From the NCBI RefSeq assembly GCF_023055435.1, contig NW_025964334.1, forward strand, positions 24,676,001 to 24,740,000: a stretch of 64,000 bases of DNA, given 5' to 3'. Under the pieces are notes generated by a model. The model was not told where the DNA came from. It saw nothing but the letters and a program-made list of their open reading frames with translations, and ran no database searches. A program made the position numbers and the translations under genes. This DNA comes from Haliotis rufescens (lineage: Eukaryota). This document shows positions 62,501-64,000 of the stretch, piece by piece. The first letter of the stretch is position 1. Each line of letters starts with the position of its first letter.

Positions 62501-64000
62501 GTATTCAGATGGGCCTACAACATTCCACAGCCGGCATGTATGGTAGTCCAAGTCAGTTTTCAGGTGGCTCTACACGATTCCACAGCCGGCATGTATGGTA
62601 GTCCAAGTCAGTATTCAGATGGGCCTACAACATTCCACAGCCGGCATGTATGGTAGTCCAAGTCAGTTTTCAGGTGGCTCTACACGATTCCACAGCCGGC
62701 ATGTATGGTAGTCCAAGTCAGTATTCAGGTGGGCCTACAATATTCCACAGCAGTCATGTATGGTAGTCCAAGTCAGTATTCAGGTGGCTCTACAACATTC
62801 CACAGCCGGCATGTATGGTAGCCCAAGTCAGTATTCAGATGGGCCTACAACATTCCACAGCCGGCATGTATGGTAGTCAAAGTCAGTATTCAGGTGGCTC
62901 TACATCATTCCACAGCCGGCATGTATGGTAGTCCAAGTCAGTATTCAGATGGGCCTACAACATTCCACAGCCGGCATGTATGGTAGTCAAAGTCAGTATT
63001 CAGGTGGCTCTACAACATTCCTCAGTCGGCATTTATGGTAGTCAAAGTCAGTATTCAGATGGGCCTACAACATTCCACAGCCGGCATGTATGGTAGTCAA
63101 AGTCAGTATTCAGGTGGCTCTACATCATTCCACAGCCGGCATGTATGGTAGTCAAAGTCAGTATTCAGGTGGCTCTACATCATTCCACAGCCGGCATGTA
63201 TGGTAGTCCAAGTCAGTATTCAGATGGGCCTACAACATTCCACAGCAGTCATGTATGGTAGTCCAAGTCAGTATTCAGGTGGCTCTACAACATTCCTCAG
63301 TCGGCATTTATGGTAGTCCAAGTCAGTATTCAGATGGGCCTACAACATTCCACAGCCGGCATGTATGGTAGTCAAAGTCAGTATTCAGGTGGCTCTACAT
63401 CATTCCACAGCCGGCATGTATGGTAGTCAAAGTCAGTATTCAGGTGGCTCTACATCATTCCGCAGCCGGCATGTATGGTAGTCCAAGTCAGTATTCAGGT
63501 GGCTCTACAACATTCCACAGCCGGCATGTATGGTAGTCCAAGTCAGTATTCAGGTGGCGCTTCAACATTTCACAGCAGTCATGTATGGTAGTCCAAGTCA
63601 GTATTCAGGTGGCGCTTCAACATTTCACAGCAGTCATGTATGGTAGTCCAAGTCAGTATTCAGATGGGCCTACAACATTCCACAGCAGTCATGTATGGTA
63701 GTCAAAGTCAGTATTCAGGTGGCTCTACAACATTCCTCAGTCGGCATTTATGGTAGTCAAAGTCAGTATTCAGATGGGCCTACAACATTCCACAGCCGGC
63801 ATGTATGGTAGTCCAAGTCAGTATTCAGGTGGCTCTACATCATTCCACAGCAGTCATGTATGGTCGTCCAAGTCAGTATTCAGGTGGCTCTACAACATTC
63901 CTCAGTCGGCATTTATGGTAGTCAAAGTCAGTATTCAGATGGGCCTACAACATTCCACAGCCGGCATGTATGGTAGTCCAAGTCAGTATTCAGGTGGCTC
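59596..64000. repeat. 55-bp satellite, ~80 copies, running off the window; within predicted intron 2 of gene D
   Basis: Unit TACAACATTCCACAGCCGGCATGTATGGTAGTCCAAGTCAGTATTCAGGTGGCTC. Confidence 0.98.

Overview
Repeat-rich metazoan (invertebrate) genomic DNA with four assembly gaps. The SINE landscape suggests a mollusc, perhaps a gastropod such as abalone; this is inference only. The ORF track largely misses the real genes because they are spliced. Reading splice sites by hand gives a cluster of small, probably GPI-anchored surface-protein genes. Gene A (minus, 6 exons, 282 aa) and gene C (plus, 4 exons, 228 aa) are complete and share a signal peptide, an 8-Cys domain, a Thr-rich stalk and a GPI-type tail. 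Gene D (plus) has only its first 2 exons in the window, with the same intron phases and exon-2 Cys pattern. The Cys core (C-x8-C-x7-C) resembles neuritin/CPG15 and the RGM N-terminal domain. Gene B (minus) encodes a His/Tyr/Gly/Asn-rich GPI-type protein whose repeat reads as a Thr stalk in another frame. The rest is mobile and tandem DNA: three tRNA-headed SINE families and one tRNA-less retroelement with related 3' tails, a Penelope-like remnant with a variant hammerhead ribozyme motif, LINE and Tc1 fragments, a MITE, a 12.7-kb nested tandem macro-repeat, and 16-, 30-, 31-, 55-, 59- and 102-bp tandem arrays. All gene models are manual and lack transcript support.
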